A stretch of 64,000 nucleotides of DNA, from positions 15,320 to 79,319 of the forward strand of contig JAYYWX010000107.1 in NCBI GenBank assembly GCA_036341255.1, read 5' to 3'. Below are positions 16,290 through 26,033 of this stretch, piece by piece (the stretch's first letter is position 1; every line of letters begins with the position of its first letter). The notes beneath the pieces are model-generated. The model did not search any database and was not told where the DNA came from. It saw only the letters and a program-made list of their open reading frames with translations. A program made the position numbers and the translations under genes. This DNA comes from Actinomycetota bacterium (lineage in GTDB: Bacteria > Actinomycetota > Actinomycetes > Propionibacteriales > Nocardioidaceae).

Positions 16290-19192
16290 GTCTGTTCTCC
16301 CGAGGTGAGTAGCAGGTCGAAGGTGGTGCCGGTCGATGAGGTCTCCACCAGCACGAGGTCGCCGCCCATGGCCCGGGCCGACTCGCGTGACACGTAGAGC
16401 CCCAGGCCGGCGCCCCGGGTGTCATGGGAGGAGGCCCACGGCTGGAACAGCCGGTCCAGGACTTCCTCGGGGATGCCCGAGCCGTCGTCGCGGACCCGCA
16501 GGTGGAGCCCGTCGGCGTCGCGGTCGGTCGCCACCCACAGGTGGGTGCTCCCCGCGCGGGCGGCATTGGTCGCCAGGTTGGCCAGGATCCGGCGTACGCG
16601 CAGCGCGTCGGCCCGCACACGCGCACCGGCTCCCACCTGGGTCGTCAGCTGCAGACTGCGCGGCCAGCTCACGTCGGCCACCAAGGAGGGGACAGCCAGG
16701 TCCTCCAGGTGGACCCGGACCCGTGCACCGGTCGACAGCGCCGACCAGTCGAGGAACTCCGCGACCAGTCCGCGCAGGCAAGCGACCGAGCGCGTCATGG
16801 TCCCGGTGATCTCGGTGGGCAGGCCGGAGATGCCGAGGGACTCCAGCAGCTCCAGCGCGTTGGCGATCGTCGCGAGCGGCGTCTGCATGTCGTGGGAGAC
16901 ACCGGCGAGCATGGTCTCCCGGTCACGGCGTCGTTGGCGCTCGCGGCGCAGGGTCGAGAGCTCCAGGTGCGCCCGGACGCGGGCCACCAGCTCCTCACGG
17001 GAGAACGGCTTGGCGACGTAGTCGTCGGCGCCACGGCCCAGGCCACTGATGGCCGCCTCGCTCCCGGCCCGGGCCGAGAGCAGGATGACCGGGAGGTCGG
17101 ACTGGTCCGCGGACTCGCGGATCGCGGCGACCAGTCCCTCGCCGTCCAGGCGGGGCATCATCACGTCGCTCACGACGAGGTCGACGGGCTCGCGCGCCAA
17201 GACCTCCAGGGCGTGACGCCCGTCGGTGGACGTCAGGACTCGACCGACCTCGGACAGCGCCGCTGCCACGTGCTGCCGCATCGCGACGTTGTCGTCGACG
17301 ACCAGCAGCACCGGGAGGGGACCGTCGGGCTCACGGCGAGGAGCCACGTCGGCACGACTGCTCGCGTCTGCCCCGGGGACGAGGTCCAGCGCCGTGGCTC
17401 GGACGCGCGCCAGGCGCAGGGCCTGGGGCACGGCCGTCGCCTCGACGACGTCCTCGACCTCGCGGACCGGCAGCCGGACCGTCACCGTCGTGCCCGCGCC
17501 GGCACTGGAGTCCAGGGCGATCTCGCCGCCCAGCGCCGCGACGGCGTCGGACACGATCGCCAAGCCCACGCCCGCGCCCTCGATGCTGCGTCCCTCGTCG
17601 GCCCGCACCCGGTGGAAGCGCTGGAAGACCAGCGGCTGCTGGGCCGCTGGGATGCCGATGCCGGTGTCACGCACCGTCAGCACCAGCTCCGCGCCCATCT
17701 CGAGCTCGACCGCCACCGACCCCGCGAGGGTGTACTTGACGGCGTTGCTGACCAGGTTGAGCACGACGTTCTCCCAGAGGCGTACGTCGAGCAGGCAGGT
17801 CCGCGCGTCCCGGTAGGTCTGGCTCATGGTGAGCCCGGCGCGACGCCCCGCCTCCAGCAGCGGCTCCAGGAGCTGCGAGGTGAAGTCCTCGACGTCGACC
17901 GGCTCGGGGTGCGCGGCCAGCCGTCCGCTCTCCGAGCGCGAGATCTCCAGCAGGTCCTCGACCATGCCCATCAAGCGCTGGCACTGGGCGTTGAGCCGCT
18001 CCACCGCCGGCCGGTCGAGCACGTCGGCATGGCCCGACAGCACGTCCTGCAGCGGGCCGAGCAGGAGCGTGAGCGGGGTGCGCAGCTCGTGGCTCATGGT
18101 GGAGAGGAAGTGCGTCTTGGCGTTGTTGAGCTCGCTGAGGGCCGTGGCCCGCTGGGCCTCGAGCTGGCGGGCGCGCGCCGCCTCGAGCTGCTGACCGACG
18201 TGCTGGGCCAGCTGGTCGAGGAAGCGGCGGTGCGCCTGGTCGAGCGGCCGCAGCTCCGGGAGGCGGATCTCGAGGACCGCCTCCCCCGGCTCCGCGCACG
18301 GCGCGTCCTCGCAGGTGACGGCGTGGCTGGGTCGATGGGCCCCCCCAAGTCCCAGCCACGCCGTCCGACCGGCTCCCAGGATGGTCGGGTCCGACGCGGA
18401 GTTGGGAGCCTCCAGCATCGGACCAGGCTCACCGAACGTCGCGGCCACCACGGGCGCGACGTCCTCGGACAGCCACACTCGGCCGCCGGGGAGCTCACTG
18501 GGATGCCGGTCGAGGGCGGCCGCGATCTCCGCGGCCGCCGTCAGGGGGTCGGAGGCCGATACGGCGCCGACGTCGTTGAGGATCTCCAGGCGCCGCGCGC
18601 CCAGGACCTCGGGGGTCGTCATGGACAGGACCGCCAGCACGCCACCGGGCCGGTCACCGTCGGGCACCGGGGAGTAGGAGAAGGTGAAGAAGCACTCCTC
18701 CGGCCCGTTGCCCCGCTCGATGACCAGTGGGAGGTTCTCGTCCCAGGTCGCCTCGGCGCCGCGCAGCACGGCGTTCTGCATCGGGCCGATCGCGTGCCAG
18801 ATCTCGGCGAACTGCTCGGCCAGCGGGCTGCCCAGCGCGTCGGGGTGCTTGTCCCCGAGCACGGGGATGTAGGCGTCGTTGTAGAGCATGACGAACTGCT
18901 CGCCCCACGTGAGCGTCATGGGGTACTTGCTGCGCAGCACCATGCTGACGGTCGTGCGCAGGACGGCCGGCCACTGCGACGGCGGGCCGAGCAGGTTGCG
19001 GTCCCAGGGATGTGCTCGCATGCGCTGGGCCATCTCACCCGTGCACGCGAACATCGGGTCGTCCGACCACGGCCTCTCGTCGTCGTACGCGCCGCTGCGG
19101 GGGTCCACCACGGGCACGTCGGCGAACGACGTGTCGGTCACGTCGATGGCGACGTGAGGTTCCCGGGGCGGAGTCATGGGGCCTACCGTCAC
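16286..19192 (-). CDS. Hybrid sensor kinase: PAS/GAF-like - HisKA - HATPase - REC - HisKA - HATPase
   Basis: SHELRTPL, NLVSNAVKY, DTGIGIP, GAGVGL; VVDDN..SDVMMP..YVAKPF; second SHDMQTPL, NLATNA, DDGSGIP, GAGLGL. Alternative ATG at 19177. Confidence 0.9.
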   Translation of the reverse strand: MTVGPMTPPREPHVAIDVTDTSFADVPVVDPRSGAYDDERPWSDDPMFACTGEMAQRMRAHPWDRNLLGPPSQWPAVLRTTVSMVLRSKYPMTLTWGEQFVMLYNDAYIPVLGDKHPDALGSPLAEQFAEIWHAIGPMQNAVLRGAEATWDENLPLVIERGNGPEECFFTFSYSPVPDGDRPGGVLAVLSMTTPEVLGARRLEILNDVGAVSASDPLTAAAEIAAALDRHPSELPGGRVWLSEDVAPVVAATFGEPGPMLEAPNSASDPTILGAGRTAWLGLGGAHRPSHAVTCEDAPCAEPGEAVLEIRLPELRPLDQAHRRFLDQLAQHVGQQLEAARARQLEAQRATALSELNNAKTHFLSTMSHELRTPLTLLLGPLQDVLSGHADVLDRPAVERLNAQCQRLMGMVEDLLEISRSESGRLAAHPEPVDVEDFTSQLLEPLLEAGRRAGLTMSQTYRDARTCLLDVRLWENVVLNLVSNAVKYTLAGSVAVELEMGAELVLTVRDTGIGIPAAQQPLVFQRFHRVRADEGRSIEGAGVGLAIVSDAVAALGGEIALDSSAGAGTTVTVRLPVREVEDVVEATAVPQALRLARVRATALDLVPGADASSRADVAPRREPDGPLPVLLVVDDNVAMRQHVAAALSEVGRVLTSTDGRHALEVLAREPVDLVVSDVMMPRLDGEGLVAAIRESADQSDLPVILLSARAGSEAAISGLGRGADDYVAKPFSREELVARVRAHLELSTLRRERQRRRDRETMLAGVSHDMQTPLATIANALELLESLGISGLPTEITGTMTRSVACLRGLVAEFLDWSALSTGARVRVHLEDLAVPSLVADVSWPRSLQLTTQVGAGARVRADALRVRRILANLATNAARAGSTHLWVATDRDADGLHLRVRDDGSGIPEEVLDRLFQPWASSHDTRGAGLGLYVSRESARAMGGDLVLVETSSTGTTFDLLLTSGEQT

Positions 19193-19272
19193 CCGCGCGG
19201 CGGCCCCGACGCGAGGGGCCTCACGGGTTCTTCACGACACCCCCACCGACGCTCACGGGACCGCGACAGGGA

Positions 19273-20454
19273 TCAGGTCGGGAGCGCGTCACGCACCGGG
19301 CAGCGGGTCCCGGAGTAGATCGTCGGCATGCACCGGTTGCAGTGGATGCAGACGCCGGAGACGGCCTGCCCGGCGGCGAGCCGGCCGACCAGGTCCGGCT
19401 CGCGCAGCACCGCCCGGCCCATGGCCACGAAGTCGAACCCGTCGGCCATCGCCTGCTGCATGGTCTCGAGCCGGTTGATGCCGCCGAGCAGCATCAACGG
19501 GAGCGACACCGCCTCGCGGACCTCCAGCGCCTTGGGGCGGAAGTAGCCCTCCTCGAAGGGGTACTCCTTGAGGAACGACCGGCCCACCGGCGTACGCATG
19601 CCCCAGCGCACGGGCAACGGCATCGACGCTGCGAACTCCTCGGCCGGGACGTCGCCGCGGAAGAGGTACATCGGGTTCATCAACGACGAGCCGCCGGAGA
19701 GCTGGACGGCGTCGAGGGTGCCGTCCTCCTCCAACAGCCGGAGCAGGGCGATCGAGTCCCGCAGGGTGACACCGCCCTTGAAGCCGTCGGAGAGGGAGAC
19801 CTTGGCGGTGACGGCGACCGCGTCACCGACCTCCTCGCGGACCGCGCGGGCGACCTGGCGGGCCAGGCGCGCACGGCCCTCCAGCGCGCCGCCCCAGCGG
19901 TCGCGGCGCCGGTTGAGCGCCGGAGCGAGGAAGGAGCTGATGAGGTAGGAGTGCGCCATGTGCAGCTCGAGCACGTCGAACCCGGCGCGCACGAGGGTGC
20001 GGGCGGTGGCGACGTAGGCGCCGGTGACCCGCGTGAGGTCGGCCTCGGTCGCGCTGCGCACCATCTGCATCGACAGCGGGCTCGGCATCCGGCTCGCGGC
20101 GAGCGCGTGCACGCCGTTGGAACGACCGTTGGCCACCGGGCCGGCGTGACCCACCTGGCCGGCGATCGCGGCACCGGTCGCCTTGACCGCCTCTGCCATC
20201 CGGGCCAGCCCGCCCTCGGTGTCGGGCCCCACCACGACCTGCTCACGATGCGTGCGCCCCTCGGGGGCGACGGCGAGGTAGGCGACGGTCGTCAGGCCGA
20301 TCCCGCCCTCGGCGACGGCGAGGTGGTAGTCGATCAGCTCCTGGGTGACCTGCCCGTGGGGCGTGCGCCCCTCGAAGGTGGCAGCCTTGACCGTGCGGTT
20401 GCGCAGCGGCACCGGCCCCAGCGAGGCCGGCGCGAGGACGTCGGGAGTGCTCAC
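19273..20454 (-). CDS. NADH:flavin oxidoreductase (old yellow enzyme family)
   Basis: LRNRTVKAATFE, GFDVLELHMAHSYLISSFL, NRRRDRWGG, C-terminal CIHCNRC. Confidence 0.9.
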   Translation of the reverse strand: MSTPDVLAPASLGPVPLRNRTVKAATFEGRTPHGQVTQELIDYHLAVAEGGIGLTTVAYLAVAPEGRTHREQVVVGPDTEGGLARMAEAVKATGAAIAGQVGHAGPVANGRSNGVHALAASRMPSPLSMQMVRSATEADLTRVTGAYVATARTLVRAGFDVLELHMAHSYLISSFLAPALNRRRDRWGGALEGRARLARQVARAVREEVGDAVAVTAKVSLSDGFKGGVTLRDSIALLRLLEEDGTLDAVQLSGGSSLMNPMYLFRGDVPAEEFAASMPLPVRWGMRTPVGRSFLKEYPFEEGYFRPKALEVREAVSLPLMLLGGINRLETMQQAMADGFDFVAMGRAVLREPDLVGRLAAGQAVSGVCIHCNRCMPTIYSGTRCPVRDALPT

Positions 20455-20475
20455 CGGCTGATGGTAGCGCCGATC

Positions 20476-20489
20476 TAGAACGTGTTCTC
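20476..20489. promoter_or_regulatory. KstR-like operator
   Basis: TAGAACGTGTTCTC; the reverse complement shares AGAACACGTTCTAGATC (17 bp) with the site at 15880. Confidence 0.75.
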
Positions 20490-20524
20490 GTTCTGTGGGG
20501 TCGAGCGGGATAGTCCGGCCCGAC

Positions 20525-21343
20525 ATGATCGACCCCGTGAGAGAGCCGGCCACGCACCCGCTGGAGGCGCGCCTGCGCGCGGCGGGGTGCGTGTACGCCG
20601 AGGAGGAGGCCGCCCTGCTGCGCGACGCGGCCACGGGGTCCGACCTGGACGACCTGGTGACGCGGCGGGTCGCTGGCGAGCCGCTCGAGGTGCTCGTCGG
20701 GTGGGCCGACCTCGAGGGCGTGCGGGTACGCACCGCTCCGGGCGTCTTCGTGCCCCGCGCCCGCAGCGGGCTGCTGGTCCGGCTGGCCCTGGACGCCCTG
20801 GCCGGGTCCACGGAACCGGTCGTCGTCGACCTCGGCTGCGGCACCGGGGCGCTCGGGGCGGTCGTGGCCCACCACCGTCCGGACGCCGTCGTGCACGCCG
20901 CCGACCTGGACCCGGCCGCCGTCGCCTGCGCGCGCCGCAACCTGCCGCCCGACCGCGTGCACGAGGGTGACCTGTACGACGCCCTCCCGGCGAGTCTCCT
21001 CGGCCGCGTCGACGCCCTGCTCGTCAACGCCCCCTACGTCCCGACCGCGCACGTCGGACTGATGCCACCCGAGGCCCGGCTGCACGAGCCGCTCCTCGCC
21101 CTCGACGGCGGCCACGACGGACTCGCCGTCCAGCGCCGGGTCGCGGTCGGCGCACCCCGGTGGCTCGCGCCCAGCGGCGTACTCCTGCTCGAGACGGGGC
21201 GCACCCAGGCCCCCGACACCCTGGCCCTTCTGCGCGACGCGGGGTTGGAGGCCGACCTGCACACCGACGACGAGCTCGAGGCCACCGTGTCCCTCGGACG
21301 GCTCACCGCGTCGGGACCGGGCACGGCCGGCGCGGGATACTGA
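20525..21343 (+). CDS. HemK/PrmC-like protein-(glutamine-N5) methyltransferase
   Basis: RRVAGEPLE, VFVPR, DLGCGTG, NAPYV, ALDGGHDGL. Confidence 0.88.
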   Translation: MIDPVREPATHPLEARLRAAGCVYAEEEAALLRDAATGSDLDDLVTRRVAGEPLEVLVGWADLEGVRVRTAPGVFVPRARSGLLVRLALDALAGSTEPVVVDLGCGTGALGAVVAHHRPDAVVHAADLDPAAVACARRNLPPDRVHEGDLYDALPASLLGRVDALLVNAPYVPTAHVGLMPPEARLHEPLLALDGGHDGLAVQRRVAVGAPRWLAPSGVLLLETGRTQAPDTLALLRDAGLEADLHTDDELEATVSLGRLTASGPGTAGAGY

Positions 21344-21348
21344 CCCCG

Positions 21349-21861
21349 ATGGACGACCGACCGACCCGCGACCCGATCCGCGAGGCCCACCGGCAGTGGG
21401 TCGCGCACGGGTGGGCCGACGCCGCCGACGCGATGGCCCTGGTGACCTCGGTGACGCGCGCGCAGCAGCTGCTCGCCGAGCGCGTCGAACGCGCCCTGAA
21501 GCCGCACGGCCTGACCTTCGCCCGCTTCGAGGTGCTGCGGCTGCTCTCCTTCACGCGCGAGCGGGCGCTGCCGATGACGCGCCTCGGCTCGCTGCTGCAG
21601 GTGCACCCGGCCTCGGTCACGAGCGCCGTGGACCGGCTCGAGGCCCAGGGCTTCGTACGCCGCCGGCGACGCAGCGAGGACCGCCGAGTGGTCCACGCCG
21701 AGCTCACCGAGGCCGGCGCCACCACCGTCGACGCCGCGACCGCCGACCTCAACGCGGTGTTCACCGACCTCGGCTCGGACCTCGGCGACGACACGGTCCG
21801 CGACCTGACCCGCCTCCTCGGCGCCCTGCGCGCCGGCGCCGGCGACCGCGTCGACCCCTGA
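21349..21861 (+). CDS. MarR-family transcriptional regulator
   Basis: LTFARFEVL, VHPASVTSAVDRLE..G.V.R, DRR, LTEAG. Confidence 0.92.
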   Translation: MDDRPTRDPIREAHRQWVAHGWADAADAMALVTSVTRAQQLLAERVERALKPHGLTFARFEVLRLLSFTRERALPMTRLGSLLQVHPASVTSAVDRLEAQGFVRRRRRSEDRRVVHAELTEAGATTVDAATADLNAVFTDLGSDLGDDTVRDLTRLLGALRAGAGDRVDP

Positions 21862-21881
21862 CCCGCCGCCCAGCCCTCCCC

Positions 21882-21959
21882 CAGCCCGCCGAACCGGCGT
21901 ATCGATGCGCCGGCTCGACCCGACAGCCCACCGAACCGGCGTATTGATGCGCCGGCTCG
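21882..21959. repeat. REP-like doublet: two 36-bp palindromic direct repeats, period 42
   Basis: CAGCCCrCCGAACCGGCGTATyGATGCGCCGGCTCG at 21882-21917 and 21924-21959. Confidence 0.85.
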
Positions 21960-22018
21960 GCACGACTCCCCCGCGGACCACCCTCGACGGCCGGTGGTGA
22001 CCGGGCTTACACTCGAGC

Positions 22019-22044
22019 CAGATACTTGGACATCCAAACATCTG
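22019..22044. promoter_or_regulatory. Palindromic operator upstream of icmF
   Basis: CAGAT-AC-TTGGA-CA-TCCAA-AC-ATCTG, an AT-rich inverted repeat next to the start codon. Confidence 0.65.
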
Positions 22045-22047
22045 TCG

Positions 22048-25000
22048 ATGGAGCGCCCCGTGAACAGCCTGCACGTCCCCACCCACCCGGTCCGCCTGGT
22101 CACCGCGAGCAGCCTGTTCGACGGCCACGACGCCTCGATCAACATCATGCGGCGGATCTTCCAGAGCCAGGGCTGCGAGGTGATCCACCTCGGCCACAAC
22201 CGCTCGGTCCAGGAGGTCGTGGACGCCGCGCTGGAGGAGGACGTCCAGGGCGTGGCGGTCTCGTCCTACCAGGGCGGGCACGTGGAGTACTTCGAGTACC
22301 TCGTGGAGCTGCTGCGCGCCGCGGGCGCCGGTCACGTCCGGGTCGTCGGCGGCGGCGGGGGCGTCATCGTCCACGACGAGATCACCCGGCTGCGGGAGTC
22401 CGGCGTCACGATCTTCTCCCCCGAGGACGGCCAGCGCCTCGGCCTGCCCGGCATGGTCAACACCGTCGTCGCCGACTGCGACACCGACCTGTGGGACCTG
22501 CGCCCGGTCTCGGTCGACCAGGTCCTGGCCGGCGAGCGCTCCGCCGTCGCCCGGGCCATCACCGGCGCTGAGCTCGGCCGCCTCGACGACGACATGCGCG
22601 CCCAGCTCCGCGCGGCCGCCGAGCGCAGCCACGCGCCCGTGCTCGGCCTCACCGGCACCGGCGGCTCGGGCAAGTCCAGCCTCACCGACGAGATCCTGCG
22701 CCGCTTCCGCACCGACCAGCAGGACAAGCTGCGCGTCGCGGTCGTCGCGGTCGACCCGACCCGCCGCAAGGGCGGCGGCGCCCTGCTCGGCGACCGCATC
22801 CGGATGAACTCCCTCGACCTGCCCGGCCACGACCGCGACCGGGTCTACTTCCGCAGCCTCGCCACGCGCGGCGCCCACGAGATCCCCGACCACCTCGAGG
22901 ACGTCATCACCGTCCTCAAGGCCGCCGGCTTCGACCTCGTGGTCGTCGAGACCCCCGGCATCGGCCAGGGCGACGCGGCGATCGTGCCGTTCGTGGACAC
23001 CTCGATGTACGTCATGACGCCGGAGTTCGGCGCCGCCTCGCAGCTGGAGAAGATCGACATGCTCGACTTCGCCGACGTCGTGGCGATCAACAAGTTCGAG
23101 CGCCGCGGCGCCGCCGACGCGCTGCGCGACGTCGGCCGCCAGCTCGTCCGCAACCGCGAGGCCTTCGGCAAGCAGCCGTCCGACATGCCGGTCTTCGGCA
23201 CCTCCGCGGCCACCTTCAACGACGACGGCGTCACCGCGCTCTACCAGCACCTGCGCGGCCTCCTCGCCGAGCAGGGCCTGCCGGTGGCAGAAGGCGCGCT
23301 GGCCCCCGTCGACGTCAAGCACTCCAGCGGCATCCGCGCGGTCGTCCCCCAGGAGCGGGTGCGCTACCTCGCCGAGGTCGTCGAGACCGTCCGCGGCTAC
23401 CACGCGCGCACCCAGGAGCTCGTCGAGCAGGCCCGCCGCGCGCAGCGGCTGAGCGACGTCGCGGCCGAGCTGGAGTCCGCGGGCGCGGACGCCGGCGGCG
23501 TACCCGCCCTGCTCGAGGACGCCCGCCGCACCCTCGACCCCGAGGTCGGCACCCAGCTCGAGCAGTGGCCCTCGGTCGTCGAGGAGTACGCCGCCGTCCC
23601 CGGCCGCGAGTCCCTCTCCGGCAACCGTGTCCCCAAAGTCGCCGTGCCGCGCTACGCCGACCACGGCGAGCTCGTGCGCTTCTGGCGCAGCGAGAACCTC
23701 CCCGGCCGCTTCCCCTTCACCGCCGGCGTCTTCCCGTTCAAGCGCGAGGGCGAGGACCCGGCGCGGATGTTCGCCGGCGAGGGCGACCCGGCGCGCACCA
23801 ACCGCCGGTTCAAGCTGCTCAGCGAGGGCAACGAGGCCACCCGCCTCTCGACCGCCTTCGACTCGGTCACCCTCTACGGCCGCGACCCCGACGAGCGCCC
23901 CGACATCTACGGCAAGGTCGGCACCTCGGGCGTGAGCGTCGCGACGCTCGAGGACATGAAGCAGCTCTACGACGGCTTCGACCTGCTCGCCCCGACGACC
24001 AGCGTCAGCATGACGATCAACGGGCCCGCGCCGACGGTGCTCGCGTTCTTCCTCAACACCGTGATGGACCAGGCCCGCGAGCGCGACATCGACCCGCTCA
24101 AGGCGCTGCAGACCGTGCGCGGCACCGTCCAGGCCGACATCCTCAAGGAGGACCAGGGCCAGAACACCTGCCTGTTCTCCACGGAGTTCTCCCTGCGGAT
24201 GATGGCCGACATCCAGGAGTGGTTCATCGAGCACGGCGTGCGCAACTTCTACTCCGTCTCGATCTCGGGCTACCACATCGCCGAGGCCGGGGCGAACCCC
24301 ATCAGCCAGCTCGCCTTCACCCTCGCCAACGGCTTCACCTACGTCGAGGCCTACCTCGCGCGCGGCATGGACATCGACGACTTCGCGCCCAACCTGTCCT
24401 TCTTCTTCTCCAACGGCATGGACCCGGAGTACTCCGTCATCGGCCGCGTCGCCCGCCGCATCTGGGCGGTCGCGATGAAGGAGAAGTACGGCGCCGGCGA
24501 GCGCTCCCAGAAGCTGAAGTACCACGTGCAGACGTCCGGTCGGTCGCTGCACGCGCAGGAGATGGACTTCAACGACATCCGCACCACGCTCCAGGCGCTC
24601 ATCGCGATCTACGACAACGCCAACTCCCTGCACACCAACGCCTACGACGAGGCCGTCACCACGCCCTCCACGGAGTCGGTGCGCCGGGCGCTGGCGATCC
24701 AGCTGATCATCAACCGCGAGTGGGGGCTGGCGATGAACGAGAACCCGCTCCAGGGCTCCTTCATCATCGACGAGCTCACCGACCTCGTGGAGGAGGCCGT
24801 GCTGCGGGAGTTCGAGGCGATCAACGAGCGCGGTGGCGTGCTCGGCGCGATGGAGACCGGCTACCAGCGCGGCCGCATCCAGGACGAGTCGATGCTCTAC
24901 GAGCACCGCAAGCACGACGGGTCGCTGCCGATCATCGGCGTCAACACCTTCCTCAAGCCCGGCGGCGACGACGCGACGCCCGAGCACGTCGAGCTGGCCC

Positions 25001-25224
25001 GCGCCACCGAGGCCGAGAAGGAGTCCCAGCTGCGCCGGGTCCGCGACTTCACCCGCGACCACGAGCAGGAGGCCACCGAGGCGCTCGCCCGGCTCAAGGA
25101 GGCGGCGGCCTCGCCGGACGAGAACGTCTTCGCCGTCCTCGTCGACGCGGCCAGGGTGTGCTCGCTGGGGCAGGTCACCGAGGCGTTCTTCGAGGTCGGC
25201 GGCCAGTACCGGCGCAACGTCTGA
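22048..25224 (+). CDS. icmF: Fused isobutyryl-CoA mutase / MeaB-like GTPase
   Basis: B12-binding FDGHDASIN; GTGGSGKSS, ETPGIGQ, NKFE; mutase RMFAGEG, RLSTAFDS, ISGYHIAEAG; ends GGQYRRNV. Confidence 0.96.
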   Translation: MERPVNSLHVPTHPVRLVTASSLFDGHDASINIMRRIFQSQGCEVIHLGHNRSVQEVVDAALEEDVQGVAVSSYQGGHVEYFEYLVELLRAAGAGHVRVVGGGGGVIVHDEITRLRESGVTIFSPEDGQRLGLPGMVNTVVADCDTDLWDLRPVSVDQVLAGERSAVARAITGAELGRLDDDMRAQLRAAAERSHAPVLGLTGTGGSGKSSLTDEILRRFRTDQQDKLRVAVVAVDPTRRKGGGALLGDRIRMNSLDLPGHDRDRVYFRSLATRGAHEIPDHLEDVITVLKAAGFDLVVVETPGIGQGDAAIVPFVDTSMYVMTPEFGAASQLEKIDMLDFADVVAINKFERRGAADALRDVGRQLVRNREAFGKQPSDMPVFGTSAATFNDDGVTALYQHLRGLLAEQGLPVAEGALAPVDVKHSSGIRAVVPQERVRYLAEVVETVRGYHARTQELVEQARRAQRLSDVAAELESAGADAGGVPALLEDARRTLDPEVGTQLEQWPSVVEEYAAVPGRESLSGNRVPKVAVPRYADHGELVRFWRSENLPGRFPFTAGVFPFKREGEDPARMFAGEGDPARTNRRFKLLSEGNEATRLSTAFDSVTLYGRDPDERPDIYGKVGTSGVSVATLEDMKQLYDGFDLLAPTTSVSMTINGPAPTVLAFFLNTVMDQARERDIDPLKALQTVRGTVQADILKEDQGQNTCLFSTEFSLRMMADIQEWFIEHGVRNFYSVSISGYHIAEAGANPISQLAFTLANGFTYVEAYLARGMDIDDFAPNLSFFFSNGMDPEYSVIGRVARRIWAVAMKEKYGAGERSQKLKYHVQTSGRSLHAQEMDFNDIRTTLQALIAIYDNANSLHTNAYDEAVTTPSTESVRRALAIQLIINREWGLAMNENPLQGSFIIDELTDLVEEAVLREFEAINERGGVLGAMETGYQRGRIQDESMLYEHRKHDGSLPIIGVNTFLKPGGDDATPEHVELARATEAEKESQLRRVRDFTRDHEQEATEALARLKEAAASPDENVFAVLVDAARVCSLGQVTEAFFEVGGQYRRNV

Positions 25225-25401
25225 GGTGCTCCCGGGCGGAGCCCGGGGGCAACCCGAAGAGATCGAGCGAGCCCCGCGGCCGAGGGACAAGGCCGCGACG
25301 GGCGGGTCGAGATCCTGGGCCCCGGTGGTCGAGCAGCCGAGGAGCGCCAGCGACGAGGCGGGCGTCGAGATCACCGGGCGCACGTCCGATAGGTTCACCC
25401 C

Positions 25402-25908
25402 GTGACCAGCACCGCGAAGCACCCCAGCTACGACCAGCTCAAGGACCTCCCGGCGTACGCCGAGCAGCCGGTCCCGATCGCCTTCGAGGACAACAACGGC
25501 CACCTCAACGTGCGCCACTACCTCGGCATCGGCAGCGAGGGCCTGGACGAGTCGCTGGTCGACCTGGGCATCCCGGTGGACTGGCCGATCAAGGCCGGTC
25601 ACGCCTGCTTCGCCGCCGAGCACCACGTGACCTACCTGCGCGAGCTGCGCACCGGTGACCGGATGTCGGTGCGGGTGCGGCTGCTGGGCCGCTCCGAGCG
25701 GGCCGCCCACGCACTGGTCTACATCCTCGACGACACCCACCAGCAGCTCAGCGCGGTCTTCGAGGAGATCTTCCTCCACATCGACCTCTCCGACCGGCGC
25801 ACCGCTCCCTGGCCCGCCGACGTCGCCCAGGCCATCGACACCCGCGTCAGCGAGCACGAGGGCCTCCCGTTCGAGGCGGTCACCTCCGGCTCGATGGCCC
25901 TGCGCTGA
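25402..25908 (+). CDS. Hot-dog-fold thioesterase family protein
   Basis: EDNNGHLNVRHY, AAEHHVTYLREL. Confidence 0.85.
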   Translation: MTSTAKHPSYDQLKDLPAYAEQPVPIAFEDNNGHLNVRHYLGIGSEGLDESLVDLGIPVDWPIKAGHACFAAEHHVTYLRELRTGDRMSVRVRLLGRSERAAHALVYILDDTHQQLSAVFEEIFLHIDLSDRRTAPWPADVAQAIDTRVSEHEGLPFEAVTSGSMALR

Positions 25909-26033
25909 CCGTCTCCGATCGCCGAGGCGTCACCCATGCACGGCCGAGCCGTCACCGACGCACGCCCGAGAGGTCGCTCGCGCACGGCGGCGTACGACCC
26001 TGCGTGCGTGAGTGACGTCTGGAGCGTGCGCGG

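Noticed and set aside
21882-21959. CRISPR array
   Set aside because: Only two repeats with a 6-bp gap, no spacer-length unique sequence and no cas genes; the same applies to 40722-40768 and 57272-57370.
21034-25857. 1607-aa minus-strand ORF
   Set aside because: Antisense to marR, icmF and the thioesterase; no recognisable motifs.
25909-26033. Cobalamin riboswitch upstream of the BtuF-like gene
   Set aside because: No GGGAA..GGTG or GCCACTG B12-box elements were recognisable by eye; an Rfam scan would settle it.
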